A stretch of DNA of 64,000 nucleotides from assembly GCF_009914755.1 (NCBI RefSeq), contig NC_060932.1; one strand, written 5' to 3'. The stretch is from the human T2T-CHM13v2.0 reference genome, Homo sapiens. The notes below the pieces were generated by a model that was not told where the DNA came from, searched no databases, and saw only the letters and a program-made list of their open reading frames with translations. Positions 14,126-27,290 of the stretch are shown one piece after another (the stretch's first letter is position 1; every line of letters starts with the position of its first letter). A program made the translations under genes and the position numbers.

Positions 14126-15429
14126 CTTCCTTGTGATTCATCACCCAGCAAGAAGCACCAAAAACATGGCACCAGGCACCATCAGTGGCTGCTCCGTATT
14201 GTGTGGTGGGGTCAAGAGTGAATACTAAATACCGAGGTCTTTTCAGAGGCACAGAAGAGTTTGTCAGCCTGGAAACGTTTTCACTAAGGTATCACAGAAT
14301 GGGCTTAAATGGAAATGTTCCTTCCACTTTTCATGCCCAAACATCTTACCATGTCCTCTACTTTCCAAACTCAGGTGGACCATCCTTTGGCCACTGGCAG
14401 CCCAGCTACCTATAGCTCTCCCTGTCAGTGTTGGCTTCTGGGCTGTAACGTCTGGGACACGGCTGTGGGAGAGGCAAGGGAACAACCAGCCGGGCAGAGC
14501 ATTTGAATTTCTGCCCGGGGACCCCTTCTGGTGTCCCCTTCGAAAGCAGAACTTCATGCCCACAACGGACATGGTTTGAACATTATGTTCTGTTAATTCA
14601 TGGCTTATTCACAGAGCTGTTCTAAGGGAGAAAAATTATAATGGGTAGAAACAATTTAGAGATTCCAGGAAGAAAAAGGGGGAGAAAATATGCCCCTTTT
14701 TTACCTCAGTGCAGCAATGGGTCTTCCTGGGCATACCGGGGGCCCGGAGTGGTAGCGCACTTTTGGGGAGCTCTATACAATAGCTTTTTCCTGTCTACTC
14801 TGTGACAAGGCAGGAAGAACACATGCCATGTCCAGACCATTTACCATCATTGCCCCTGGCACCTCACAGATCTTCTTTCTGCAAGAAAGATGGCATTTCC
14901 GAGTTGACAGCTTCTCTTTCAAGCTATGTGTCACTTTGATAAGTGAGAAAGTCAGAGTTCCCCCAAGGATGGGGCATTACAAGCAAGGAGTACTCAAGGT
15001 AAATCAAAGAAGTCTGGTGGGAAGAGAAGGGGCAGTCAGGGAGCCTCTTGGCCCACCATCTTCCAGACAAGCACTGCTAAGAGAATCATGGCAAAGCAGG
15101 CCCATGCAGATGAAGGAAACTGAGTTGTTCAAGTTACAGGACATCGAGGTAGAGTCAGAGCTTACACCAAATCTAGTCTTCCTCTGCCTACTCAGAAGGT
15201 CCAAAGCATCACAGCCAAGTGCTCGGTAAAGCAGAGACCCCCTCAGCCGTTGTCTGTTCCTTCTCTTATGACTACCACATGAGCTTACAAGCTAGTAGAA
15301 AGAAGTATTCTCCTCTGCCTCCACTGAAGCTACTTAGGATGAATCATTCAGAAATTTCAAAAGCCTGACTTTCACAGCAGGTGTGACTACATCACTACAG
15401 CCAGTTAGTGGGGAGCGTAAAAAAAAGCA

Positions 15430-15630
15430 GGTTTCAGCAATGCTTAAGGAAAAACCCTAATGATTGTAGCTGCCTAATAATAGAGCCAATTGTCCAATAA
15501 GGCAGTGAAATCCCCAACAATGGAGGTGTTTAAAAAGAGTCTGGTAGAGTCATTCCTGAGAGCACTCTCCCCTGGGTGGGAAATCGGACTAAGCGGTCTC
15601 TATTTTAACCATCTTTTGACTCTTATCTTC
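15430..15630 (+). mobile_element. CR1/L3 3' end fragment
   Basis: GGCAGTGAAATCCCCAACAATGGAGGTGTTTAAAAAGAGTCTGG resembles the CR1 ORF2 end (cf. SPSLEVFKKRL). Confidence 0.6.
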
Positions 15631-16064
15631 TACAGGAGGTAATACAGAGGATAGAATAGACTGGACTCAGTTCCTGTACTAAACACAGGTCTGCATGCAG
15701 ATGGCACAGAGCTTAATGTCGGAGGATCCGTGTCAGACCTCACTCCTCATCTCCTATCTCCTTCTCCGATCTTCTTAGTTGGTTCTAGACCATGTCCCTA
15801 TGTCTTCGATTCTCGGAGGGTAACATTAAATGCCAATGCCATCCTTGGGGGAGGCTTTTCCCTTGGACTTCTCATTTGGGGCTACGTGGAATCCAGTATT
15901 TAGACAGAAAGAGAGAAAAGGTGACAAATTGTCCTGACTGTAGCCCTTCTAAGTCCCATTTCACTTGTGGCCCTTGTGGGAATCTGCGATGAGATACCCA
16001 GTTACTCTCCCAGAGACCCCAGCCTAAGGGACCACAGGCTCATCCCCCACAGAAGCCACAGAGA

Positions 16065-16300
16065 GCAATGGTCACTGTTATGGGTTCTGGAGTAGGAAAA
16101 ATGTGGGCTTGGATTCTGGCATTTACCAGTTGCCAGCCATGGTGTGACCTGGGGCAAGTTATTTTCACTCTCTTAGCCTCAGTTTCCTTACAGGTAAAAT
16201 ATGGAGGCTAATTACCACCTCATTAGGATTTTTGATATGGAGGATAACTACCACCTCATTGGGATTTTTGATATTGGGATTTTGATATTTTGATATTAGC
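16065..16300 (+). mobile_element. MIR with an internal tandem duplication
   Basis: GTGTGACCTGGGGCAAGTTATTTTCACTCTCTTAGCCTCAGTTTCCTTACAGGTAAAAT core; TACCACCTCATTRGGATTTTTGATAT occurs twice. Confidence 0.85.
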
Positions 16301-16329
16301 ACATTCTATTTATGTAATAAAAAAAATGG

Positions 16330-17712
16330 TGGTTCTCATACGACAATACTCTACTCACCAGCAGCATGTATCTTTCTCCACATACTCTCTTCCTGCCTCC
16401 TACCAAGATCTCTGCCCCACCTCAAGCCAGGCTCTCTGCACTCCTTCCTATTTCCCTCTTGCATATTCAAGGACATTACTTCAGCAATACTGCCCTTCTC
16501 TACCCTCCTTTGCATCATCATTTTTTTTTCATTTTCTACTAAAACAGTTTCATCAGCATACAAAATATCCCTATATTGCTATTTCTCTCATCTTAATAAA
16601 AAACAAACAAATAGCTTCTTATGATTCTCACTTCCCTCCCAGTGACTGATCTATTTCTTTACTCCTCTTTGCAGCAAAATCCTTGCAAGAGTTATCCTCA
16701 TTCACTGTCTTCAATTCTCCTTTTAGCGTTCTCTCCTAAACTCACTCCAGTCAATCCTTTGGCCACACCAATCCATTGAAACTGTTCATATCAAGGTCGC
16801 CAATGACTTCACCATTGCTAAATCAATTCTCTGTCCTCCTCTAAATTGACCCTACAGCAGAGTCTGCCCTGGTTGATAACGCCCTTCTCATTCATACATT
16901 TTCTTTACTTGGTTTTTAGGATACCACTCTCTCCTGAATTTCTGCTCCACACCTTCTCAGGCTCTCTTGCCGATCCCTTCTCTTCACCTGTACCTGTTAC
17001 TGATGGAAGGTCACAGTTCCCTCCTTGGTCCTCTTCACCTATCAGCTCTCATCATGTGTGATCTACAGTCTTAGGGCTTTAAATAACATCTATATTCCAA
17101 TGGATCCCAAGTTCACATTTCCGTTCCAGACTTCTTTCCAACTAGCATTCCACTAGCAGACTAGTATATCCAATCTTCACTTGGATGTCTACAGATATGT
17201 AAAAATTAGTGTGTCCAAAATTAAACCCCTTATCTTCGCTTCCACATCAGTACCTCCCAGAGTCTTCTTCAGCTCTGGAAGCAGCAATTCTGCCCTTTTA
17301 TTCAGGCCTAAGACCTTGGAGTCATCCTTGACTCCATTCTCTCACATCTTCCATCCAAACCCAGAAATACCGTATCCTCCAGCTTCAAAAAATATTTCTA
17401 GAATCTGGCTACAGGTCATAGCACCTACAGCTGTTTTGTATTTGTGATTGCAATGCCCTGTCCACATATAGCACTTTCAATCTCCGATTCTCATGTCTAC
17501 CTTCTTAAATTTTTCTATAACTCTTACTTCTTTCTAGCATGCTATATAATTTACCTGTTTTACATCTCATGCTTAACATCTGACTCTCCCATTCCCATGC
17601 TGCCTGCATGTAAACACCATCAGTGCAGGGATGTTTTGTTTACTGACATATTACAAAAGCATAACACAGTGTCTGGCACAGGGTAAGGAAACAGCAAATC
17701 TCTGCTGAATGC
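16330..17712 (+). mobile_element. L2 (L2a-like) LINE, ~1.4 kb 3' portion
   Basis: CAAGGTCGCCAATGACTTCACCATTGCTAAATC, CTTGGAGTCATCCTTGACTCC, and 3' end ACACAGTGTCTGGCACAG...TGCTGAATG. Confidence 0.88.
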
Positions 17713-18933
17713 AATAATTATTAAACCATTTCAATTTCCCTTACAATAACACATTTAGACCCAAACCTGACATACAGAGCTATACATAGTGTCCAGTTCT
17801 TCAGAGACCCCAGCAGCCCAGAAAGGATGGATGAGGCAGTCAATGCCATTGTCTGACTAGCGGGTCTAAGGGTGTCTCTGCACCAGTCTCTGACTTCCAA
17901 GGGGCATAGATCCTCCTCCTGGTAAGGATGGCTTCTCGATCAATCAATCCACTGAGCAACTGCACTATTCACTATGGGAAGACAGGAGAAGTTAACACAA
18001 GGTCCCTGCCCAAAAGGCAACACTTAGCCACATAAAACAATAAGCAGACAGTACCAGGCAGTATATCATCAAGTGCTAAATTAGGTGTTATTGACTCTAA
18101 GTGCTGTTAGAGTTCAGAGAGGGGAGAAATCAATGAGCAGTGCAGCCATGGAGAGCTCTGGGCCATCACTCCCCAAGTTCCTTGAGGGCAGGGACACTGT
18201 CATGTTTCTTTTCTTTTTCTTTCTTCCTTGCATCTCTTCTTCATCTTCCTTTCCCTAGACCCAGTACACTGATGTACCCAAAAGAGACATGTAAGGACTG
18301 CTCTCTTTATATTTCCCCTAACTTTTCATAAAGGATTTGAAGTAGCTTAAAGGGATATAAAATAAATAAATAAACACACTTTAAACAAAGGTGGCAAGGA
18401 AAAAACCAAAACAAGGGTAGAGACAGAAAATGGAGCTGGGAATGAGGAAAACAGAATAAAAAACAAGCCAGAAAAGACCATGCCTTCACAAATGATGAAC
18501 CACAAATTTGGTGCTAAGCTTTAGAATGGACTATTTGAAAAGAAAAACCTGATTAATTATGTAATTCATACCCTCCGTATGATAAAAACAGACCAATCAT
18601 TCTGCAGATACAAAACTATTCCAGACTCTTAAGCCTTCCATGAATTTCTCCCCAGGGCCCCCGTAAGGCAGACATGTTGGGATGTAATGAGAAACACCCT
18701 GGAGGAGCCTTGGAGAACAGACTCAGCCCTGAGTTTCACAGGTCTGTTAGCTCCACACACACTCTCCACTGTCTGGGACTACTCCTATTTTGTTAATATT
18801 GAGGGTTATGGTACAACCGCACCATTTAACTGCAGCGTGAATCGGTAAATTTACAAGGTATGAGAGAGCAGGACAAATTTAGGAGGGAAACTGCACCTAA
18901 AACATTATAGGGTATAAACAAACACTCAGCATG

Positions 18934-18970
18934 CACGCACACACATACACATACACACACACACACACAC
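18934..18970. repeat. Imperfect (CA)n microsatellite
   Basis: Read directly from the sequence. Confidence 0.95.
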
Positions 18971-18986
18971 GGCTGAAGCTAGAAAG

Positions 18987-19447
18987 AATCTTACCATCTC
19001 CAGCATATGCCACATTTCTCATGTAAATAATCTTATCTCCTGAACATGCCACATTTCACATGTAAATAACCTTAACATATCCTGAACATATGTTTCCCAT
19101 GTAAATAATCTTACCATCTCCTGAACATGCCACATTTCATATGCATATGTAAATGATCTTACCATCTCCTGGACATACCACATTTCCCATGTAAATAATC
19201 TTACCATCCCCTGAACATGCCACATTTCATATGTAAATAATCTTACCACCCCCTGAACATGCCACATTTCATATGTAAATAATCTTATCATCTCCTGGAC
19301 ATAACCATATTTCCCATGTAAATAATCTTACCACCCCCTGAACATGCCACATTTCATATGTAAATAATCTTACCATCTCCTGGACATACCACATTTCCCA
19401 TGTAAATAATCTTACGATCTCCTGAATATACCACATTTCATATGTAA
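18987..19447. repeat. 42-bp minisatellite, ~11 copies
   Basis: Consensus AATCTTACCATCTCCTGAACATGCCACATTTCATATGTAAAT; unit lengths 42,39,39,48,42,42,42,43,42,42 and one partial. Confidence 0.97.
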
Positions 19448-19579
19448 CACTGCAGTGATGTCTGAATTTCATTTTTTCTCTTGCTAGATTTTAAGTTCAC
19501 CCATACCAAGCACAAAATGGCATTTTGCAGATCTTTGTATTTCTTCTAGTGCCCAGCACCAGATCTTGCTCTAAATGAA

Positions 19580-19814
19580 TGTTTTTTCACTCCATAAATA
19601 TTTATTGAATGCCTACTAGCTGCTAGACACTCTTACGGCAATCAACAAAACATTTAAATTTTTACCCTTAATGGAATTTACAATCAGGACAGAGAGGAAT
19701 ATAAGACAGACAATGCCTGGAATAAACAAGTAAATTATGTAACATACAAGAAGGTAAAACTTACTGTGGAAAAAATGAAACACTGTAGAAAAAAAATGAA
19801 ATAAGAGGGATTTG

Positions 19815-19850
<36 letters not shown>

Positions 19851-19995
19851 TGCAGGTGGCAGTATTAACCAGGATAGTCAGTATAGATTTCATTGAGAAA
19901 TTGAGACGTAAACAAAGAGTTAAAGACAGTAAGGGAGTTAACCAAGCAGATATCTAGGGAAAGAATATTTTAGGCAGAGGAAACAACTTAGGCTT
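19580..19995 (-). mobile_element. L2 3' end, containing (TG)n at 19817-19848
   Basis: CATAAATATTTATTGAATGCCTACT...; GATATCTAGGGAAAGAATATTTTAGGCAGAGGAAACA. Confidence 0.8.
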
Positions 19996-20239
19996 CAAGA
20001 CAGGATATATATATATATATATATATACATTCATTGAACATTCCCTAGCCCCCAAATAATTGTGATTTATTGGGACTAGTGTTAGAAATGACAGTATAGA
20101 CAGAGGTACAAGGCATACAAAAATGTGGAATAATAAACATTTCTACATTCTTAGTAAAACAATGAGTTGTCTAAAATGTGGAGCTGTATATTTTCAATAA
20201 AGAATAATAGTGACTGTGATGTCCAGCTGGGAAGGAAAA

Positions 20240-20640
20240 GCTCTTAGTCAGAATAGGCTAGGTGAGGCTGCAGTAATAAACAAATCCAGAAATCTCAGTA
20301 GCTTCGTGTGAAAAGAAATATTTCTTCTTCATGCAAAGCAGATGCTTCCATCTCTCCAGGACAGCTCCCTTTAAATACTGGCTAAGGGACCCAGGTTCTT
20401 TCAGTTTGTGGCTCTCCAATCTTGATATAGGTGCTTCCATAATAAAGCAGAACATCAGAAGAGAGAATACGTAGCAAACTTAACACTGTTGCTTTATCCT
20501 TTGGCCCAGAGGGACTCATGTCACTTGTGCTAAAGCTCATTGGCCAGAACTAGTCACATGTCTCAACCCAACTGCAAGAGAAGCTGAGAAATGCAGTATT
20601 TCTGTGTACTCCAGAAAAGGAATGAAACTTAGGAAGAGGA
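20240..20640 (-). mobile_element. Old MLT1 (J/K/L-like) MaLR LTR
   Basis: TTAGTCAGAATAGGCTAGGTGAGGCTGCAGTAATAAACAAATCC...CATTGGCCAGAACTAGTCACATG...CTGAGAAATGCAGT. Confidence 0.8.
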
Positions 20641-21023
20641 TAAGTCAGACTATATTTGAGTTTGTGGAACTGCCAGACAGGTTAACACTGATTTAGGTCT
20701 CATTCTGAAATAAGTCTATATTATGATTGAAATTCTCAGGGGGTGGGTAAACCCAGTCAAGGTTATAATCAATAACAATATCTGGAGGGCTTTTATTCCC
20801 TAGATCTCAAAATGTTAATAATATGATGATTAGAGAATGATTAAACCCATACTTTGCAATAAGAGAGAGGCATACATTACCCTACCCCACTATTTATCTA
20901 ATAAAATTACATAAAACAAATTACGTATCTTCTACAGAAGATGTCTGCATGTTCTGAACTTGCAAATGTTCTGAAATAGATTTTAAATTATTTATCTCTA
21001 AGGAGTCACAAAATTTTTTTAGC

Positions 21024-21170
21024 ATCCAGGTGCAGTGGCTCATGCCTGTAATCCCAGCACTTTGGGAAGCTGAGGCAGGAGGATTGCTTGAGCCCAGGAG
21101 TTCAAGACCAGGCTGGGCAACATAGTGAAACCCCCATCTCTACAAAAAATAAAAAAAAAATTAAAAAATT
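21024..21170 (+). mobile_element. FLAM_C / AluJ left monomer
   Basis: Single Alu monomer with GGAGGATTGCTTGAGCCCAGGAG and an A-rich tail. Confidence 0.92.
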
Positions 21171-21386
21171 AAATTTTTATCAATATGTACTGGAATGAAA
21201 AATCTCTAATGTGTAAAACTTTATGGACTTCTTATTCTTCTGATGTTTCTGTGATCTATCTGTTGTTATCTTACATTGGTCTGAGCCTCTATATTTCGTT
21301 TTTTTTTTTCAGATCCCTTTTTGCTAATTTCAGATATTTCTCAGCTCCTGTTCTTAATTGCTCAACGTTTGGATATTAAAAAATCA

Positions 21387-21680
21387 GGCCAGGCGCAATG
21401 GCTCATGCGTGTAATACCAGCAGTTTGGGAGGCCAAGGAGGGCGGATCACCTGAGGTCAGGATTTTGAGACCAGCCTGGCCAACACGGTGCAACCCCGTC
21501 TCTACTAAAAATGCAAAAATTAGCCGGGCATAGTAGCGGACATCTGTAATCCCAGCTACTCAAGAGACTGGAGTGGGAGAATTGCTTGAACCTAGGAGGC
21601 AGAAGCTGCAGTAAGCTGAGATCATGTTACTGCACTCCAGCCTTGGCAACAGGTGAGACCCCATCTCAAGGGGGGAAAGA
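21387..21680 (+). mobile_element. AluS (Sx-like)
   Basis: Full dimeric Alu; flanked by AAATCA on both sides. Confidence 0.96.
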
Positions 21681-21926
21681 AATCAAGTAAAATTATGTAT
21701 TTGGAATAGGTTCTACAAAGATGCTTTCTACCTGTTTCATTTGTTTTGCGTATTAACCAATGGTGACTTTATATCCTGCTCATATGTTTTTCTACCTTTC
21801 CATATTTGCGTGCCCTCTGACTGTTTCTTCTGGTTCCTAATCATGAATAATGGTTTTAACCCCATACATCAGGGATAGAAAAAGCCTTATAAACTTGAAT
21901 AGAAAAATATTCTAGATTGGGAATCA

Positions 21927-22272
<346 letters not shown>

Positions 22273-22579
22273 ACCATGATTTTGGTTTCTGGTAGAGTTC
22301 CTGACACTTCTTCAGTTGTATCTTTTAAATACTCCGGAGTTTTATGTTGCAATGACTCTAAAACTTGGACAGACGGAGCACATTCAAGACTTTGTTTTAG
22401 AATAATCTAGCTTTGGAAATGCTGAAAGAGCTATGATAGTTCCAGCAGGAGACTGACCTGGCTTCAGCTGCTGGAGAATAGGCACAACCAGAGCAGCCCA
22501 GATGGAGACAAATAAAAAGAAACAAAAGCAATGAGAAGATTTGGCTCATGTATGAGATGATAAGATAATTTCAGAAAGT

Positions 22580-23560
22580 AACTTAAATTTTCTCCATTCC
22601 TTTGAATCAGACTATGAAGCTTGTCTTTTCTTTTCGAGTTCATTTTGTTCAGTATTTCTTATTAGTAAGTTATTCAGTTCATTGAAATTTTCTAAAGAAA
22701 TAACATAGGTTGAAAATTATATCTTTTTGAGTTTCAAGAATTACTCTTAGAATGTCATGATACATCTTGAGTGTGTTTATGTTTAATCCCATTTTTTCTT
22801 GTTCTTTATTATGATTGTCAGATATTTATCAGATATTTTAAGAATGGCTCTCGGATTTTTATTTCCAATTTCCATTACTTCTTCATTTTCTAACTCATTA
22901 ATTCCCATGCTACTGTTACCATGTATAACTTCTTGTTTTTCTACTGATTTTTAATTTTTTTCTATTTTCTTAATTCTTGGATTCTTTATTTTTTATTTTT
23001 ACTGTTTCTTATTTTATAAAAGCAATTGAGATTCGAGTTTACCTTTACAACTTGGCAATTCAAAGATATGATCATACAAATCTACTTTTAAGAATTTATT
23101 ATAGATTTTGTGACCTTGACTATGAACAATTTTTTGTAAACATGTCATGACTATTTGAAATAAGTGTATTTCCTCAGGTGACACATTTTGATATACAATA
23201 TGTAAAATTAATCTTGCTTGTTATATTATTCAATCATTACTATCCCCATTTATCTCAGTCATTTTGATCTATTAAAAGACTGAGAGCGCTATGTTAAGGC
23301 TTCCCTTTCTCTGTGATGGGATTATTCATGTGTTCCAAAGTCATTTTTAAATTTTCAATACTATGATATTTATAACAGAAACATTAATGACTGTTATATC
23401 CTTATCATGATGAAAGATCTCATTAACCTAACTGCTTTTGTCTTGAATTCTCCTCTGCCTGTTTTCAGTAATGACTTTTTCTCATTTGTATTTACTTGAT
23501 GTATCATTTCACATACTTTTGTTTTTTAATTTTATATGTAATGTTTGTCATAGTTATATC
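22580..23560 (-). mobile_element. Highly decayed ancient L1 fragments
   Basis: T-rich antisense L1-like sequence; subfamily not resolvable by eye. Confidence 0.45.
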
Positions 23561-23712
23561 TTATGTATAAGATATACATAAGATATATATCTGTATATAA
23601 CATATATACAGATATGTAAGATATACATGAGATATATAAGATATACATAAAGATATATATATATAAGATATAAATTATATCTGCATATTATATATATATG
23701 TAAGATATATAT
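23553..23712. repeat. AT-rich low-complexity repeat (TAAGATATA[CA]-like units)
   Basis: Read directly from the sequence. Confidence 0.9.
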
Positions 23713-23804
23713 AGGTGGAATCTACAGTTTCATGGGTTTAGTTTTTCAATGTATCTAAGAATCCTTGTATTTTGATGTGGATATTTCCTCGTCACTTTTT
23801 ATAT

Positions 23805-24890
23805 AAACTTTTTATCTTAAAATAGTTTTAGATTTATAGGAAATTTGCAAAACTAATAATGATTTCCTTTCCCCTCACCCTCATTTTCCTCTATTAACAA
23901 CATCTAACATTAGTGTATTTGTCACAACTAATGAGCCAATATTGAGATGTTATTATTAGCTAAAGTTAAACAACTTTTCAGATTTCTTTAGTTTGTACCT
24001 GATGTCCATTTTCTGTTCCGGTCCCCATTCAGGAACCACATTATGTTAAGTTGTCCCATCTTCTTAGGCTCATCTTGGCTGTGACAGTGACCTTGATGAT
24101 TCTGAGGAGTACTAGTCAGGTTTTCTGTACAGTGTTCCTCAACAAGAATTTGTTTGATGTTTTTTCTTAAACTTAGATTATGGGTTTGAGGGAGGAAGAC
24201 CACAGAAGGAAAATGCCATTCTCGTCACATCACAACAAGGGTGGGCACCACCACCATGACTTGTCACTGTTGATACTGACCTGGATCACCCGGCTGAGGT
24301 AGTGTTTCCCAAGCTTCTCCAGTGTGAAGTTACTCTTCTGCTCCTGTTTCCATAGTGTTCGCTTTGGGAGTAAGTCTCTATGAGCAGCCTACACTTAAAG
24401 ATTTGGTAGGTATGCTTTACCTCCTCAAGGGTGGAGCATCTACTCAGATTATTTAGAATTCTATACCAGTGATTTGTCTATTCTTCTACACTTATTTATT
24501 CAGGTACTCCTTTCTACCAAGATAAACTCACAGGTTATTTATTATATACTTTGGGCTAAATACAATATCATTTTACTTATATTGCTGCCCTGGTTTTTGC
24601 AGTTTTGCCCATTTAGAGCTCTCTCTGTTGGCCCTGTGTCCCTCTGACATCATCTTTCCATTGTTTTGTGTGTTAGTTCAGCACTTCCTTACTTTCTGGC
24701 ATAAGATGCTACAGACTCATTTTGCATATTTCCTATCCCAGTCCTAAAGCCAATCATTTCTCGAAGAAGCCTTGGTTCTTTTAACTGAAGAATGGTGTTA
24801 GAACAGAACATCTGCACAATTGTTGCTAGTGGGGTATAATTGCTTCTTGAACGTCTCAGCTGAAGGAGCAAGGAAATACATGTCATTTAT
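23805..24890 (-). mobile_element. L1MC (L1MC4-like) 3' UTR
   Basis: TTTTAGATTTATAGGAAATTTGCAAAA...ACCTTGATGATTCTGAGGAGTACTAGTCAGG...GGCTGAGGTAGTGTTT. Confidence 0.8.
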
Positions 24891-25092
24891 TTATTTTTAA
24901 TTTTTCAATAATTCTGAAATAATTATAGAATCACAGGAAATCTTTTCAATTTTTATCTGGCTTGCTCCAATGGGGACAACCTCTACAACAGTAGGACAGC
25001 AAAACCCAGGAAATTTGTATTGGCACAATACTACTAACTAGACCACAAACCTTATTTAAATTTTATCCATTTTTGCATGCATTTATCTGTGC

Positions 25093-25137
<45 letters not shown>

Positions 25138-26140
25138 GGATAGAGATCTATGCAAATTGACCTAATATATAGATTTGTGAAACCACCACCACAATCAGGA
25201 AGCAGAAGTGTCCCATCCCCACAAAGGAACTCCTTTGTACCACCCTTGATAATCACATTCATACCTCCCAACTCCATCCTTATCCCTGGCAACCACTAAT
25301 TGGTTCTCTATCTCTAGAGTTTTGTCAATTTGAGGATGTTATATAGAAGGAATCACATATCCTGTAACCTTTGGAGATTGCTGTTTTTTTTTTTATTTTC
25401 GCTAAGCATAACACCTTTAAGATTCATTCAAGTGATTGCATATATCAATAGTTTGTTCCTTTTTATTGCTGAGTACTATTCCACGGTATGGATGTACCAA
25501 AGTTTGTTCAACCACTCACTCATTGAAGGATGTCTATATCATTTCCAGCTTTTTTGCTATCGCCAATGAAGTTGGTATGCACATTCATGCCCCATTTTTG
25601 TGTAAGCATAAGTTTTCACTTCTCTGGCATAAATGTCTAGGAGTGCAATTGCTGGGTTGTATTGTAAGTGCATGTTTAGTTTTTATAAGCAACTCCCACA
25701 CCATATTCCAGAGTGGCTGTAGCATTTTATATCCCCACTGGCAATTCTCACCAGATCCCCCTTTTCTGCATCCTTTACAGTATTTCATCGTATCTTTTTT
25801 ACTTTTTTAACTCTAACCATTCTAATAGGTATGTAGTGATATTCTGTGGCTTTAATTTGTATTTCTCTAGAGATTCATGATGTTGAACAGCTTTTCATGT
25901 GCCATCCATATCTCTTCTTTAGTATTTGTGTTTTTCACAGCTGAGTTGTGAGCCTTCTTTGTGTATTCTAGTCCACTGTAAGATGAGTGGTTTAGTAATA
26001 TTTTCCCCCCATGTGTAGCTTTTCTTTTCATCCCCTTCATAGGACATTTCACAGAGTGAAAGTTTCTAATGTGAAGAAGTCCAATTTATCAATTTTTTAT
26101 GCATCATTCTTTTGGCATTTTATCTAAGAACTCTTTGTAT
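24890..26140 (-). mobile_element. L1M (L1MD-like) 3' end, containing (TG)n(AG)n at ~25088-25140
   Basis: GTTTGTTCCTTTTTATTGCTGAGTACTATTCCACGGTATGGATGTACCA; TTCCAGAGTGGCTGTAGCATTTTATATCCCCAC; GAAGTCCAATTTATC. Confidence 0.88.
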
Positions 26141-26869
26141 CCACAAACTGCTGTTATAATTAATATATTAATTATGAAAGTTTCATGATTGTATGCTTTA
26201 TATGTAAATCCACTATTGCTAACAATTATTATAAAGACTAATATATTTTATCTTTCTTCTGTTATCTTGCTTTATACTTCATTGTATTTACTTCCTTTAA
26301 GTTCCTTTTATTTTTTTCCTCTCTTTTCTCCCTCCTATGATTTGGCTTATATACATTTTACATTTGGACTATATAGTTGCAATGTTTAAAATAATTAAAT
26401 GAATTTTCTTAATTATCAAGATTAATAATGAAACTAAAACTATTAACTTTGTTCTGTATAAAACTTAGCCTGCTCTGATTTTTTATCTTCCCACTAAATT
26501 ATTATTCATATTACGCATCTTATTTTATAAGAATAGACTTTTTGACATTCATATTATATTTCACAGCTATAACAATAACAATTATATAATTCTATGTTTA
26601 CTTAGTTTCATTGTTCATTGGTAATTCTATTGTAAAACAACTATCATTTTAAATCATTTTATTATTATTATTTCCTCAATTCATTGAGTAATTTTAATTC
26701 ATAAGAGATAAATTGGTGGTAACATTTCTGAATCACATCTAAAAATAACTTTGTGACTCTCACATATGAATGCTAACTCTTCAACATATGGAATTCTTAG
26801 GTCTCTGTTTTCTCTCTTGTTTTGTTCTTGGTTTTAATATTCTGCAGGCAGTCTATGACTTTCCGATAT

Positions 26870-27290
26870 TTGGTGATATGGAAGAGAAAACTGAGGATAT
26901 GTAAAGAGAGTCAGATGAGAATTCTTAATTAAGCAAGAGAACCAAGTGCCAAGAAATGAAAGGAAGCAAAGAGTTTCAAGAAGAAAAACTAAATCAATAA
27001 TTAAATGTTGCCCCAAAGGTCAAGTAGGTTGATCATTGAGAAAAGTTATTGGATTTGCAATTAGAAAATAATTGTAACCTTTGAAAGAGCAATTTCAGGA
27101 AGACAGTGAAAGTAAGAGCCTGTTTCTCTGAGCTGGGAAGGGCCTTAGAGAATATGAAATCTAAAGTCTTCAACTTCCTGTCCAGAACGTAAAAGAAGTG
27201 ACTTGTCCAAGGTCATAAAGTTAATGACACCAGTAATAGACACCATGAGTACAGAGTAATAGACCCTCCTGATTCAGTGCTCTTTTTATC
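26870..27290 (-). mobile_element. L2 fragment followed by a MIR fragment
   Basis: TTGGATTTGCAATTAG...GTAACCTTTGAAAGAGCAATTTCAG (L2); GAAGTGACTTGTCCAAGGTCA (MIR). Confidence 0.65.

Noticed and set aside
18987-19447. Possible CRISPR-like array
   Set aside because: Units are contiguous tandem repeats without unique spacers, no cas genes are present, and the DNA is primate.
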